64,000 nucleotides of DNA from the NCBI RefSeq assembly GCF_009914755.1, contig NC_060934.1; one strand, 5' to 3'. Each line of letters opens with the position of its first letter. The stretch's first letter is position 1. This DNA comes from the human T2T-CHM13v2.0 reference genome, Homo sapiens. Of this stretch, positions 15,100 through 41,862 are shown in pieces. The translations under genes were made by a program, and so were the position numbers. Under the pieces are notes generated by a model, which did not search any database, was not told the origin of the DNA, and worked only from the letters and a program-made list of their open reading frames with translations.

Positions 15100-15986
15100 A
15101 AAAGTGTGTTTTTAAATTTCTAAGAGCTTCATAATAAATGTGATATATATATATATATACACACACACACAAGAAAAAAAGAATTCAGAATTACAGGGTT
15201 GAAATGAATCCTGCTGATATCAATTCTTTGTAGAAATACCTTGGACATGGATTGTATTTTTTCCAAATGAAATTCCTACAAATTGCCATTTCTGGAGTCT
15301 TGACTTCATACAGTCTATAAACACACCATTCAATGTTGATATTTCTCAACGGATCCTTAGAAGTAAACATTGCACAAATATATTCTTTACTTTATAATCC
15401 TCAAGTTTGCATGTAAGTAACTTATTCTGCTTTAGTTACAATCAATGACTTTTGCAGCAATTTTTAATGCTGATCACAAATTGCTCAAAATGAAACTAAT
15501 AAGATTTGAAAATATATATTAATATTTCCTCAGTAGCTCTTGCTAAATGAAATAGGCCCAGTTTCTTACAGATGTCTCAGTGAATCATCAGTTTTTTATC
15601 ACTTAATATTTTTTTCTATGACCACTCCAGTTTCTCCATATCTCTCACAATAAAGGAGCATGTATGATTCTCAAATCATGATTTGTTTCTAACAAAAGTA
15701 TATAAATATTCTGTCTTTCATGTAGGTCTATTATATGCATCATTGATGATCTTTTTGTTTCTTTTTCAAAACAAGAAGCTATTTTTTTTTCAAAACAAGA
15801 GGCTGTTTTTCTATTGTTGATAGACTCTTACAGTGAATTGTATCTACCCCCTCTTCTGGCATGCAACTGTAGGATGAATTGGTTCTAGAGAAATGCTATG
15901 TTTATTTTTCAACATTGCAGATATCGCTTTGATTTTTTCCATATCAATCTAGTCACTGAACTGCTGTTGTATTTTGAGAAAGATGA

Positions 15987-16172
15987 TTTTTTTTTCTTTT
16001 TTTCTTGAGATGGAGTTTCACTCCACCACACCTGGTTAATTTTTGTATTTTTAGTAGAGATGGGGTTTCGCCATGTTGGTCAGGCTGGTCTTGAACCCCT
16101 GACCTCAAGTGATCCACCTCCCTCGGCCTACCAAAGTGCTGGAATTACAGACGTGAGCCACCACTCCCAGCC
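15987..16172 (-). mobile_element. AluS with internal deletion of most of the right arm
   Basis: gagatggagtttcactc joined directly to caccacacctggttaatttt; left arm intact. Confidence 0.9.
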
Positions 16173-16643
16173 AAATTTCATTTTTAAAAAGAAGTTTGCT
16201 ATGCCAAGAATAGCTCAGGAGGTAGGGGGGCAGCTTTAACTCCTTCAATCCATTAATCAACCACTACTACACCTGGTGGTAGTTTTACAGCCACTCCCTG
16301 TCCAACTCCAACTCTCATCTTCTCCTGTACAGAAAATCTAGGGCTACTAGGCTATATATGTATATACATATTCATTAAGAATGATAATTCTACTTGGTCA
16401 TGATGTTTAAAAGTTTTAAAAACTTTAAAATACGCTGTCAGATAAGATTTGCTTTGTTTTTCATGATTTCCCATTACATATATGTTTATATGTGAAGCCG
16501 GCCTATAATTTTTTTCTTCTCCTGACTGCTGTGGATGTTAAAATTATACTAACAAATTTAATCATGTTCTTTATATCGTATTTAGTCTTAAAATAATTTG
16601 TAAAATATGGGAATAATATGTTTCTTGAATGTTTGGTAGAATT

Positions 16644-17123
16644 TGACAGAGCAGGAGCATCACTGTCTTGGACAAGCACTATCATTTTAAAGTTCCCCTT
16701 GATCAAAAACCACCTAAATCCAAAGGGCATCAGCCTAATGGCTAAGGTCAGCATGAACATAAACCACAAATGACATCTCGAACCAGAAACATTCCAACCC
16801 TAAGATAAATCCCTCCCAAACCAGAGACATGCCAGCCCTGAGGTAACCTCCTCTCTGCCCAGAGAGATGTTTAGCCCCAAGGTAACTTCCCCTCTGATCA
16901 GAGACATTACAACCCCACAATAAACTTCTCCCCGACACGAAAACATTCCAAGCCTGTGATAAGCCCTCTTGCCCTAAACACTTAAATACTCTCAGTCTGT
17001 AAGAGAGAATGCTCCTCACTGAAATCGGCCAGAAGCCCCTCTCAGGTTTATTCTAAAAAATAAAGTTGTCTTTGGCTGTTGAGCTGCTTTTTGTGTTTCT
17101 TTCCTCTTTCTTTAACTCTTACA
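16644..17123 (+). mobile_element. Solo ERV1 LTR (LTR19-like, name tentative)
   Basis: TG...CA termini, perfect 5-bp TSD gaatt (16639-16643, 17124-17128), TATA-like ttaaata and AATAAA near 17059, internal ~38-bp repeats. Confidence 0.88.
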
Positions 17124-18118
17124 GAATTTGCTTGGGAAAAACATCCATGTCTGGTGTCTTTGGCCAGGGCCAAAGGTGGAAGAGTTAATGTTGTTATTAC
17201 TACTAGTTCAATTTATTGACCACTTGGCAACTTACTCAGGTTTTCTACTTTACTTGTCTATTTTATTAAGTATATTTATTTAAGAATATTTTATTTCATG
17301 AAAATTGTTCATTTCATCTAAATTTTCCAGTTTATTGAAGCTGCATTCCTAAGGTTTTTCACAGTATTCTCAAATTCTATTTATGCACTACTTTATTTAC
17401 AGTATGAGTTCTCCTTCACAGTTAAATATTCCCTGTATTAAAAAAAAATTATTCAGTCCTGCAAGGGCTTTGTTTATTTTACTAAATTTTCAAAGAATCA
17501 GCTTTAAGTACTCCATATATTTTTGTTTATTTTACATTAATTTCTTCACAACTTTTTATTTTTATTTTCTTCTACTTTTTCTGGATTAACTCTGTTGTTC
17601 TTTCCACAGTTTTCAGAGATAAATGCCTAAATAACTGTGTCCCTTTTTCTTAGTTTTAAATTAAAAAGTTTAATACTATAATTTCCACAGTCATTGCAGA
17701 TTTAGACGCATTCAGTTGCATTCCAGAGGTTGTGAAATGAATTCTCATTGTCTTGCAATATATTTCTAATTTTTCATTATTTTTTCTTTTACATATTAGA
17801 TATTTATAAATAAATTTGTTTTCACACATAATTTTCTGTATTTTTATTGCTGATATCTAATTTAATTGTATTGTGTTGAGATAATGTAGTTTATAGTGAC
17901 CTCACTTTTCGAAACTTGAAGAGACTTTCTTCCTTTGTTACATAATATGTAGTCAACTTTCATAACACTGTGTGTGTGAAGAGAAGATACAGTCTCTGTT
18001 TGCTACAGGGGTATTAATTAAGACTTTGGGATGACTTGTTCAAATCTTATATATCCTTTTTAAAATTTTTATCTGAGCTTTCAATTTCTGATAGCATTGT
18101 ACTCAAATATTCTATCAT

Positions 18119-18213
18119 GAGGCTGAGGCAGGAGGATCACTTAAATCCAGGAGTTCAAGACCAGCCTGTGCAACAAAGCAAGACCCATCTCTATAAAAAA
18201 TTAAAAATTAAAA
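18119..18213 (+). mobile_element. 5'-truncated FLAM/Alu monomer
   Basis: gaggctgaggcaggaggatcac...gagttcaagaccagcct...A-rich tail; degenerate duplicated flank actca...tcat. Confidence 0.8.
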
Positions 18214-18918
18214 CTCATTTTTCCATCATGAGTTTGAACTTATCTATTTCTCCCTATGATTTGGTTGGTTCTGCTTTGTTCTGAAGCTATCTACAAATAA
18301 TTGTGAATTATATACTGTGTGGATTGTTCTTTTTATGAAAATATATTGTTATTTAAAAAAATCCTCTATAGATGTTTTTGCCTTAAATTCTTTCTTCTGA
18401 AATTAATATTTTGACACAAGTTTTAGTATTTGCATAGTATATCTATATTTAATTTTTCTGTCTTTTTAAAAGATATTTTCCTATAAGATTAGCAGTTAGT
18501 TTTTTTAATCTAATATAATACATTTAATATTTTATTAGAAAACTAATAAATTTACAATGAGTATGATTATTGAACATATTTAAACTGATCTCTATGATCT
18601 TGTTTTAGTGTTCTGTTTAGAATTCCTTCTTTATTGTTTTTAGGGGAGGATCTTATTTCTTGCTTTTTTGATTTTCATGTGCTCTCTTTTTTCCTTTTAT
18701 TAATTGTGTAACTGTACACACACTCAGATACGCATAATTTCTGACAGAGATTAAATTTTAGTATGTCCTGCCTACCAACTAAATAAGACAAGAATCTTAG
18801 CATATTTAAAGTACTAATGGAACCTTCCTCTTCCTTCTCCCAAGTTCTTTTTCCTAGAATTTTAGTTTTACCTATATACACATTTGTAGTTTTAATGTGC
18901 TACATTCTTCATATAAAG

Positions 18919-18972
18919 ATATATATATATACACACACACACATATATACACACACATATATATTCACACAC
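18919..18972. repeat. Compound (TA)n(CA)n microsatellite
   Basis: Direct inspection. Confidence 0.9.
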
Positions 18973-20917
18973 ATGCTTTTTATCAAAGTTTAATGTATAC
19001 AATGTTCATAAAGTATACATCTCACAGCTGTACTGCTCTATAAACTTTCACAAACCAACCACACATATGGAACCAGGACTGAGATTAAGAATACACAACA
19101 TTACCAGCTCCCCAGAAGCTCCTTCGTTCCCCATACAAACCCACTGCTCTTTTTCCAAGGATGACCACATGCTGACTTCTACCAGCATAAAATTGTTTTT
19201 TGTCATTTTGTACTTTATATCACTTAATCATCTACAATGTATTTTTTGTATTTTTTATTCAACCCATTATGTTTGTGAGAATAATTTGTATCATATGACT
19301 GTTTCATTCATTTTCATTGTTTTGTAGTATTCCACTGTGTAAATGCAAGGCAGTTTATTTATTAATTCAACTGTTGATGAATATTTACTACTTAGAGCTA
19401 TTATGGTCATTTCCGTATTTGTTCTTTTTCCAACTTTTGGCTAGTACTTGTCTTTTGGTGCACATATATGCTTTCTATTGGGTGTATACTTGGAATGACT
19501 GTGTCATAGGGTACTCAGTTATTGTTTTAATTATACTGTTAAAGTATTGTCCAATTTAACTTGTTTTTAAAAAATAAAACTGTAGATTTATTTAAAGGTA
19601 GAAGTGAAGTATATTACTGATACACTTTCAAAAGCTATTGATTACCGTGCTTTCTTTTTTAATTTACTCTTCTTGCTGAAGAAATACTTTGTATTTGTGG
19701 ATTGTAAACTCCTCATTTTTTGAATATTTGAAAATGTCTCTATTTTGCTTTCACTCTTAAAGGATAGCTTAGCTACAAGTACATTTCTAGGCTGGTAGTG
19801 ATTTTCACATAAAACTTAATTGCTTTGTTCTTAAGAAGTTAAAAGCCAATCTTTTTTTTTTCCTATGCAAGCAATCTGTTTTTCTTTCTAGTAGCTTTTA
19901 AATTGCCTCTTACCATTAACTTCTTTCTTTATTCCATGATATAACCAGTTAAGGATTGTGTTTATTGACCTGTTTGGCCCTCAATGAAGTCTTTCAATTT
20001 GAAAGATCATCCCACTCTTCAATTCTATAAAATTATCAGCCATATTTCCTCTGTCTTTAAAAAAAAATGCTTATTCTTTGTGGGATTCCTTTGATACATG
20101 TTATAATTTCTCAATCTCTTCGCCAAATACTTTATTTTTTCATATATATTTTAAATCTGTTTTTTCTCTTTGTGCTATATATTTCATGAATTCCTCATTT
20201 ATATCATTCAAGTAACTAATATTCTGATATTTCATTTAAATTTACTTTGTCTATTAATTTCTTTAAATTTTAGCTTTTTAGTGTCATTCTCTCAAAGGCC
20301 CTTTTGTCAATATATACTTTTGTTGATGTTGTTTGATTTTCTATCAAGGACTTCCAGTTTTAAAAATTGTAACTCTACCCTTTAGTTGCATACAGTGTGC
20401 TTTGCTCCAATATCCCTCCATAACTGAGAAAATTTTGAATCATGGAGGTAAACACAAGCAAAAACTCCACATTGGAGCCCAGGATACCTTTGGTTCTAAT
20501 TTCTTCTCACTGCCATGTGTTTCTTGATTTTTATCCTTGCTACTTATTTTCTTTTAAACTTTTTTTTTTGTATTTCTATATGGACTCACAGTACTATCTT
20601 GGCTTATATTCTGTTAGTTGTATTTGTATTTTGTACTAGCCTTCCCCTAAGCTTCCTTACGGTTGGAACTGTCTTAACATCTATAGGGTCAGTATCTGGG
20701 CACTTCAAACTATACAGTAGGCACTGAAGAAAGATTAGTGATTAGACAAATGAATTTTTGCAATGTGTATAATGTGTTTATCTAACTAGAGGAAATGTAC
20801 CCAGTTTTCTATTGGTAACATGGACATTTGAAGTCATTTATCATATTTTTGCTCTTGTAAACAGAGGTGGAACAACAATAAGCCATTTCAGCATATGAGT
20901 GATATCTGCACTATGAC

Positions 20918-25147
<4,230 letters not shown>

Positions 25148-25587
25148 ATATATATAAAATCATTGTATTAATCTGTGAAATATTTTTAAAGAATGTTCAA
25201 CCTGTTAATATCCAGTTAGAGCAAGGATGTAGAAAAACTAGTACAATATTAAATTAATAAAAATATATCAAAGCAAGGAAAAGTTTGTGTTTTGATCTAG
25301 TAACTTCATTTTTTGGAATTCGTAAAATAATTCTGGATATTGAGAAATACTTTATTGAAGTATGGTATTTAATAATAAAAAACAAATTTAGAACAATAAA
25401 AGGTTAAGAAAAATATAATTTATTCAGTTAATGGTATAGTTTAAAATCTTAAAAGTGATTGTTACAAAACTAAATTGTATCAAAAGCTAACCTACTCATC
25501 CAGAAGAAAGCCACAATTAAATTGCAACATGAAACAATACTTTTAGTATACAAATATTATGGCACTAAAACAGCGATACGCATTTTT

Positions 25588-32398
<6,811 letters not shown>

Positions 32399-33904
32399 TG
32401 ATACACATTTTTAATATAATGGTTGTAATCTAATTATAACTTTATAAGATAAAATACTTATAAAGAAATACTTCATAAAGTACAATATATCAAATAGTAC
32501 TATTTGTATTTGTATAATGAGATTATAAATTTATATTTTCTAATCTTTTTCTTAAAAAAAGGATACTATTTACATCATCACAACAATGACCCTATGAAGA
32601 ACACACATTAAAAAAGCTGATAGGTTAGCATGATAAAAAATAAAGATTTGAATTTTAATCACAAATTTTGTAGAGAGTAGTTGTTACCTGAGGATTATGA
32701 TACAGAGGTTAGCATGTGCATATTTCTGTAGATTTTGGCTTTCAGATTCTCTGACTTGTGATCTCAAAGATTCCTTATGATAAATAAAATAATTAAGCAA
32801 ATGAAAAATGAAGCAAATAAAAATGGTAATATAACTTTTTACATAGCATGTATGTTACACATTAGATATAGCATAATAGACTATTTCAGAGGAATATCCG
32901 GCTAATAAATCAAAATAGTAATTATATAAATGGTTTAAATTAGGTCACTGGAGGGAAAAATAAAAATCACAAAATAGATTCATTTTTACCTCAACAATAA
33001 ACGAGTTCATCAATATGTTACACTAGGTTATGAAGGACTATTAGATCATATATAAGGGCTGTTTATAAAATGTCAACAAAAAAATCAAATCACAGGTTTT
33101 TAGAAGTAGAAGCTGGTCAATACCTCAAAGAAAATCTGTATTACAACTGAAATAAGAATTAATATTCTTCCCATTAAATCACAAAGCCTTTTTATTTCAT
33201 TCCTATAAAATCACATGAATGTGTAATTGAATATCACAATCCTTTATAACCTCAGGCAAGCTTCTTAATGTCTCAGAACCATACTCTGTTATCAGTTTCT
33301 CATATTGATAGCATTTATGTTATTGCCAGCTTGGGCTATTAAAACAGTATTCCAATAAATATTATTGTTCACATAGCTTTTGCAATTATATCTCCACTTT
33401 AGATATTTGAAGGTGAAATTAATGCGAGCCAAAATGGGCTCAATGTGACTGTCAGGAAAAATGATATCTTTGTAATATAATCAATTTTTCTTTGATTATT
33501 AGTACAGTTGAGCATATATATGTTTATTTATATAAATCAGGGCATTTCTTAATATATTCATTTTCTATTTCAGATTTGCCTAATTTTCTAGTGAAATTTT
33601 TTTATTGATTTGTAATATTTTGTATATAAAACCTGAAACACTTTAAACACCATATGTGCTATATGCATGGTATTTTCTCTGTGTCTGCAGCTTATCTTTT
33701 CACTTAATGTTTATGTTATCTTCTTCATATCAAGTTTTAAATGCTGACAAAATAAAATCTGTCAAATTTTCCTTAGGGCCTCAAGCTCTTACGATGATCA
33801 AAATGACCAATCTTTAGTGACTTTTGTAACTATACACTACCCATCTGACTCCAGATTATATGCTTTTAACCACTTCACTATTCTTGTTTGAAACTTGAGA
33901 ATAG

Positions 33905-34110
33905 GGTAGTAGTTAAAAGCATCAAATCTGGAGCCAGATTATGTAGGTTTAAATCCTGGGGCACCCTCATCTGACTAGCTCTACGACATGAAATGAGTTA
34001 CTCAACTTTCCTGTGTACAGTTTCTTGTTTATCAGTTGAGTAAATATAATTAAAGAGATTAGATTAGGGCCTGGCACACAATAAGTGCTAAATAAACATT
34101 TGTTATTATT
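33905..34110 (+). mobile_element. MIR
   Basis: gtagttaaaagc...ctggagccaga...gttactcaac...gcctggcacacaataagtgctaaataaa. Confidence 0.75.
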
Positions 34111-34291
34111 TGTTCCCTCCAAACATGTCTGTTTCTCTAAGTAGATGTTTTTGTATAAATTCCAACAATGTGATGTTTATATCAAGATTTTATTCCATTT
34201 TTCTCATTTATTAATAACTGTAAGTGAGTTCCTACTATGTACTTCTCTGGCACCAAGCCAGGCACAAAAAACAGAGTAATTAATAAATATT

Positions 34292-34417
34292 AGGGTTGGG
34301 TGCCATGGCTCACACCTGTAGTCTCAACACCTGGGAGGCCAAGGTGGGAGCATTGTTTGAGGCCAGGAGTTTGAGACCAGACTTAGCAACACAGCAAGAC
34401 CCTGTCTTTACAAAATA
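34292..34417 (+). mobile_element. FLAM_C-like Alu monomer inside an L2 fragment
   Basis: gggttgggtgccatggctcacacctgt...gaggccaggagtttgagacc...gcaagaccctgtct. Confidence 0.85.
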
Positions 34418-35284
34418 TTTAATCATTTTAAAATAATTTTAAAAAATCAACACTAATGGTTGCTTTTCTCATGGTGCTTGCTGTCTAATACAAGAAAGTA
34501 AAATTGTAATGTGACAATTGACAGAAAAGAAAGATAAAAATGTTATGATAGATTGATCTGTTCAAGACTGGTAAGTTGCTTTCCTGAAGAAATAATGCTT
34601 AAATTGAAATATAAGGAATAAATAAAAATTTCTCTGGAGAAAAGGGAAAGGAAGTTCATTTGTACAAATTTAGCAAGGTAAAATTAATAAAATTACATTT
34701 TCAATTTATTTTGAAATTAGCCTTGCAAATACGAAGTAATTTTTAAGCAAAAGTTCTAAATATTGCTTTGCTATTCCAAGACTAAATAATTAAGAACTCT
34801 TCCAATTCCAGTTATTTGTGTGAATTACATAATGCAAACATTTGTAAAGAACAGATTGCTTTTAGAAAGTCTGATCTTGAATTTATTTTTCTTCGTTTAC
34901 TCTCTTGCAGACATATCCATTGTATGCTTTCAAAACATTCTTATATTTTTCCAGAATATAAAAACACTGTGTGCAAATGTTCAATATACATGTAGCTGGA
35001 AATAGATAACATTTGGGTGGATGGCAATCTAATGTATACAAAGAGTAGATTCACAGCTGTGTATTTGCCAGATTAGAAATAAGGCTAGACTTCTGATTTC
35101 TGGAGAATTTTGGTAAAGCAAAATATAAGAGAAAGAGGTTTAGACTTGTTCAATGCTATCTAAAATAGAAACTCTTGCAGAAAAAGAATTACATTTACTT
35201 AATCCATCCTTTCCATAATTATTCACACTGAAACTACTGAAATAGTATGTAAAATATTAATAGTACATTGTTTGAAAACCTATA

Positions 35285-35578
35285 CAGTCAACCCTCTTTC
35301 TCCTGGGGTTCTGCATCCATGGCTGCTTCTGTATTGAACACGTACAGACATTTTTCTTGTAACTATTTCCTAAAAAATATAGTATAACTATTTACACAGC
35401 ATTTACAGTATATTAGTTATTATAAGTAACCCTGTAGCAATTTAAAGTATACAGGGAGATATGCATAGGTTATATGCCAATAGTACACTATTTTATATAA
35501 GGAACTTGAACATCCATGGATTTTGGCATCTGCAGAAGGTCCTGGAACCAACCCCCCATGGATACCGAGGGATGGCTG
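35285..35578 (-). mobile_element. MER2 (TcMar-Tigger), internally deleted
   Basis: TA-flanked cagtcaaccctc...gataccgagggatggctg inverted termini. Confidence 0.85.
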
Positions 35579-35913
35579 TATAATATGGATTAGGTTTTTT
35601 TTTCCTAAAGTTCTTCAAAAGCTCTTGACCTCAAGCTTTTTAAATAAAACCTACATAAAATATTCTCAATTAAAATAACTGTAAATATATTTTGGAGCAG
35701 TACAAATTGCTTGGCATTTTACTTTTAAAACCTAAAGGCTGAATTCTATGTTAATAGATTACAACATAAAACAGATTCACTTATATGAAACAAGCAAGTT
35801 TTTTCTCATATTGTTTGCACCAAAGAAAGTTGCATTGATGAATAGAAAAAAAATAGCTTTATTCCCCTACTTCCTCAACACAATAAGAATGAAAGACAAC
35901 TAAAATTAAACTT

Positions 35914-36958
35914 GTGGTGGAGCCAAGATGGCCGAATAGGAACAGCTCCGGTCTACAGCTCCCAGCGTGAGTGACGCAGAAGATGGGTGATTTCTGCATT
36001 TCCATCTGAGGTACTGGGTTCATCTCACTAGGGAGTGCCAGACAGTGGGTGCAGGACAGTGGGTGCAGTGCACCATGCACGAGCCAAAGCAGGGTGAGGC
36101 ACTGCCTCACTCGGGAAGCGCAAGGGGTCAGGGGGTTCCCTTTCCTAGTCAAAGAAAGGGGTGACAGACGTCACGTGGAAAATCAGGTCACTCCCACCCT
36201 AATACTGCACTTTTCCAATGGGCTTAAAAAACAGCACACCAGGAGATTATATCCCGCATATGGCTCAGAGGGTCCTATGCCCACAGAGTCTCACTGATTG
36301 CTAGCACGGCAGTCTGAGATCAAACTGCAAGGCCACAGGGAGGCTGGGGGAGGGGCGCCTGTCATTGCCCAGGCTTGATTAGGTAAACAAAGCAGCGGGG
36401 AAGCTCGAACTGGGTGGAGCCCACCACAGCTCAAGGAGGCCTGCCTGCCTCTGTAGGCTCCACCTCTGGGGGCAGGGCATAGACAAACAAAAAGACAGCA
36501 GTAACCTCTGCAGACTTAAATGTCCCTGTCTGACAGCTTTGAAGAGAGTAATGGTTCTCCCAGCACGCAGCTGGAGATCTGAGAACAGGCAGACTGCCTC
36601 CTTAAGTGGGTGTCTGACCCCCGAGCAGCCTAACTGGGAGGCGCCCCCCAGTAGGGGCAGACTGACACCTCACACGGCCGGGTATTCCTCTGGGACAAAG
36701 CTTCCAGAGGAACGATCAGGCAGCAGCATTTGCGGGTCACCAAAATCCGCTGTTCTACAGCCACTGCTGTTCTGCAGCCACCACGGCTGACACCCAGGCA
36801 AAAAGGGTCTGGAGTGGACCTCTAGCAAACTCCAACAAACCTGCATCTGAGGGTCCTGTCTGTTAGAAGGAAAACTAACAAACAGAAAGGACATCCACAC
36901 CAAAAACCCATCTGTACGTTGCCATCATCAAAGACCAAAAGTAGATAAAAACACAAAG
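35914..36958 (+). promoter_or_regulatory. L1 5'UTR internal promoter (sense and antisense); YY1 site caagatggccg at 35924-35934
   Basis: Intact YY1 motif; 1045-bp UTR, longer than the ~0.9-kb L1HS UTR, consistent with keeping the segment lost in younger L1PA3/PA2/HS. Confidence 0.8.
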
Positions 36959-37975
36959 ATGGGGAAAAAACAGAGCAGAAAAACCAGAAACTCTAAAAAG
37001 CAGAGCACCTCTCCTCCTCCAAAGGAACACAGCTCCTCACCAGCAACGGAACAAAGCTGGACGGAGAATGACATTGATGAGTTGAGAGAAGAAGGCTTCA
37101 GACGATCAAACTACTCCGAGCTACAGGAGGAAATTCAAACCAATGGCAAAGAAGTTAGAAACTTTGAAAAAAGATTAGACGAATGGATAACTAGAATAAC
37201 CAATGCAGAGAAGTCCTTAAAGGAGCTGATGGAGTTGAAAGCCAAGGCTCAAGAACTACGTGAAGAACGCAGAAGCCTCAGGAGCCGATGCGATCAACTG
37301 GAAGAAAGGGTATCAGTGATGCAAGATGAAATGAATGAAATGAAGTCAGAAGGGAAGTTTAGAGAAAAAAGAATAAGAAGAAACGAACAAAGCCTCCAAG
37401 AAATATGGGACTATGTGAAAAGACCAAATCTATATCTGATTGGTGTACCTGAAAATGACGGGGAGAATAGAACCAAGTTGGAAAACACTCTGCAGGATAT
37501 TATCCAGGAGAACTTCCCCAGTCTAGCAAGGCAGGCCAACATTCAGATTCAGGAAATACAGAGAACACCACAAAGATACTCCTCGAGAAGAGCAACTCCA
37601 AGACACATAATTGTCAGATTCACCAAAGTTGAAATGAAGGAAAAAATGGTAAGGGCAGCCAGAGAGAAAGGTTGGGTTACCCACAAAGGGAAAGCCATCA
37701 GACTAACAGTGGATCTCTTGGCAAAAACTCTACAAGCCAGAAGAGAGTGGGGGCCAACATTTCACATTCTTAAAGAAAAGAATTTTCAACCCAGAATTTC
37801 ATATCCAGCCAAACTAAGCTTCATAAGTGAAGGAGAAATAAAATACTTTACAGACAAGCAAATGCTGAGAGATTTTGTCACCACCAGGCCTGCCCTAAAA
37901 GAGCTCCTGAAGGAAGCACTAAACATGGAAAGCAACAACCGGTACCAGCCACTGCAAAAACATACCAAAATGTAA
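36959..37975 (+). CDS. ORF1: LINE-1 ORF1p (p40 RNA-binding chaperone), uninterrupted 338 aa
   Basis: MGKKQSRKT...YVKRPNL...ARREWG...YPAKLS; canonical length, ATG to TAA. Confidence 0.93.
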   Translation: MGKKQSRKTRNSKKQSTSPPPKEHSSSPATEQSWTENDIDELREEGFRRSNYSELQEEIQTNGKEVRNFEKRLDEWITRITNAEKSLKELMELKAKAQELREERRSLRSRCDQLEERVSVMQDEMNEMKSEGKFREKRIRRNEQSLQEIWDYVKRPNLYLIGVPENDGENRTKLENTLQDIIQENFPSLARQANIQIQEIQRTPQRYSSRRATPRHIIVRFTKVEMKEKMVRAAREKGWVTHKGKAIRLTVDLLAKTLQARREWGPTFHILKEKNFQPRISYPAKLSFISEGEIKYFTDKQMLRDFVTTRPALKELLKEALNMESNNRYQPLQKHTKM

Positions 37976-38037
37976 AGACCATCAAGGCTAGGAAGAAACT
38001 GCATCAACTAACGAGCAAAATAACCAGCTAACATCAT

Positions 38038-41862
<3,825 letters not shown>

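Larger units (their letters stand above)
16400..20500 (-). mobile_element. Highly diverged old L1M(E) fragments; boundaries approximate
   Basis: T-rich antisense L1 motifs (aatgtttggtagaatt, attgttcatttcatcta, tctaattttaattgtattgtg). Confidence 0.6.

Noticed and set aside
16783-16970. CRISPR-like array
   Set aside because: Units are contiguous degenerate tandem repeats without unique spacers and lie inside a TSD-flanked LTR.
36291-36365. Intact L1 ORF0 on the - strand
   Set aside because: Reads MTGAPPPASLWPCSLISDCRASNQ then TGA at codon 25, so it is truncated.
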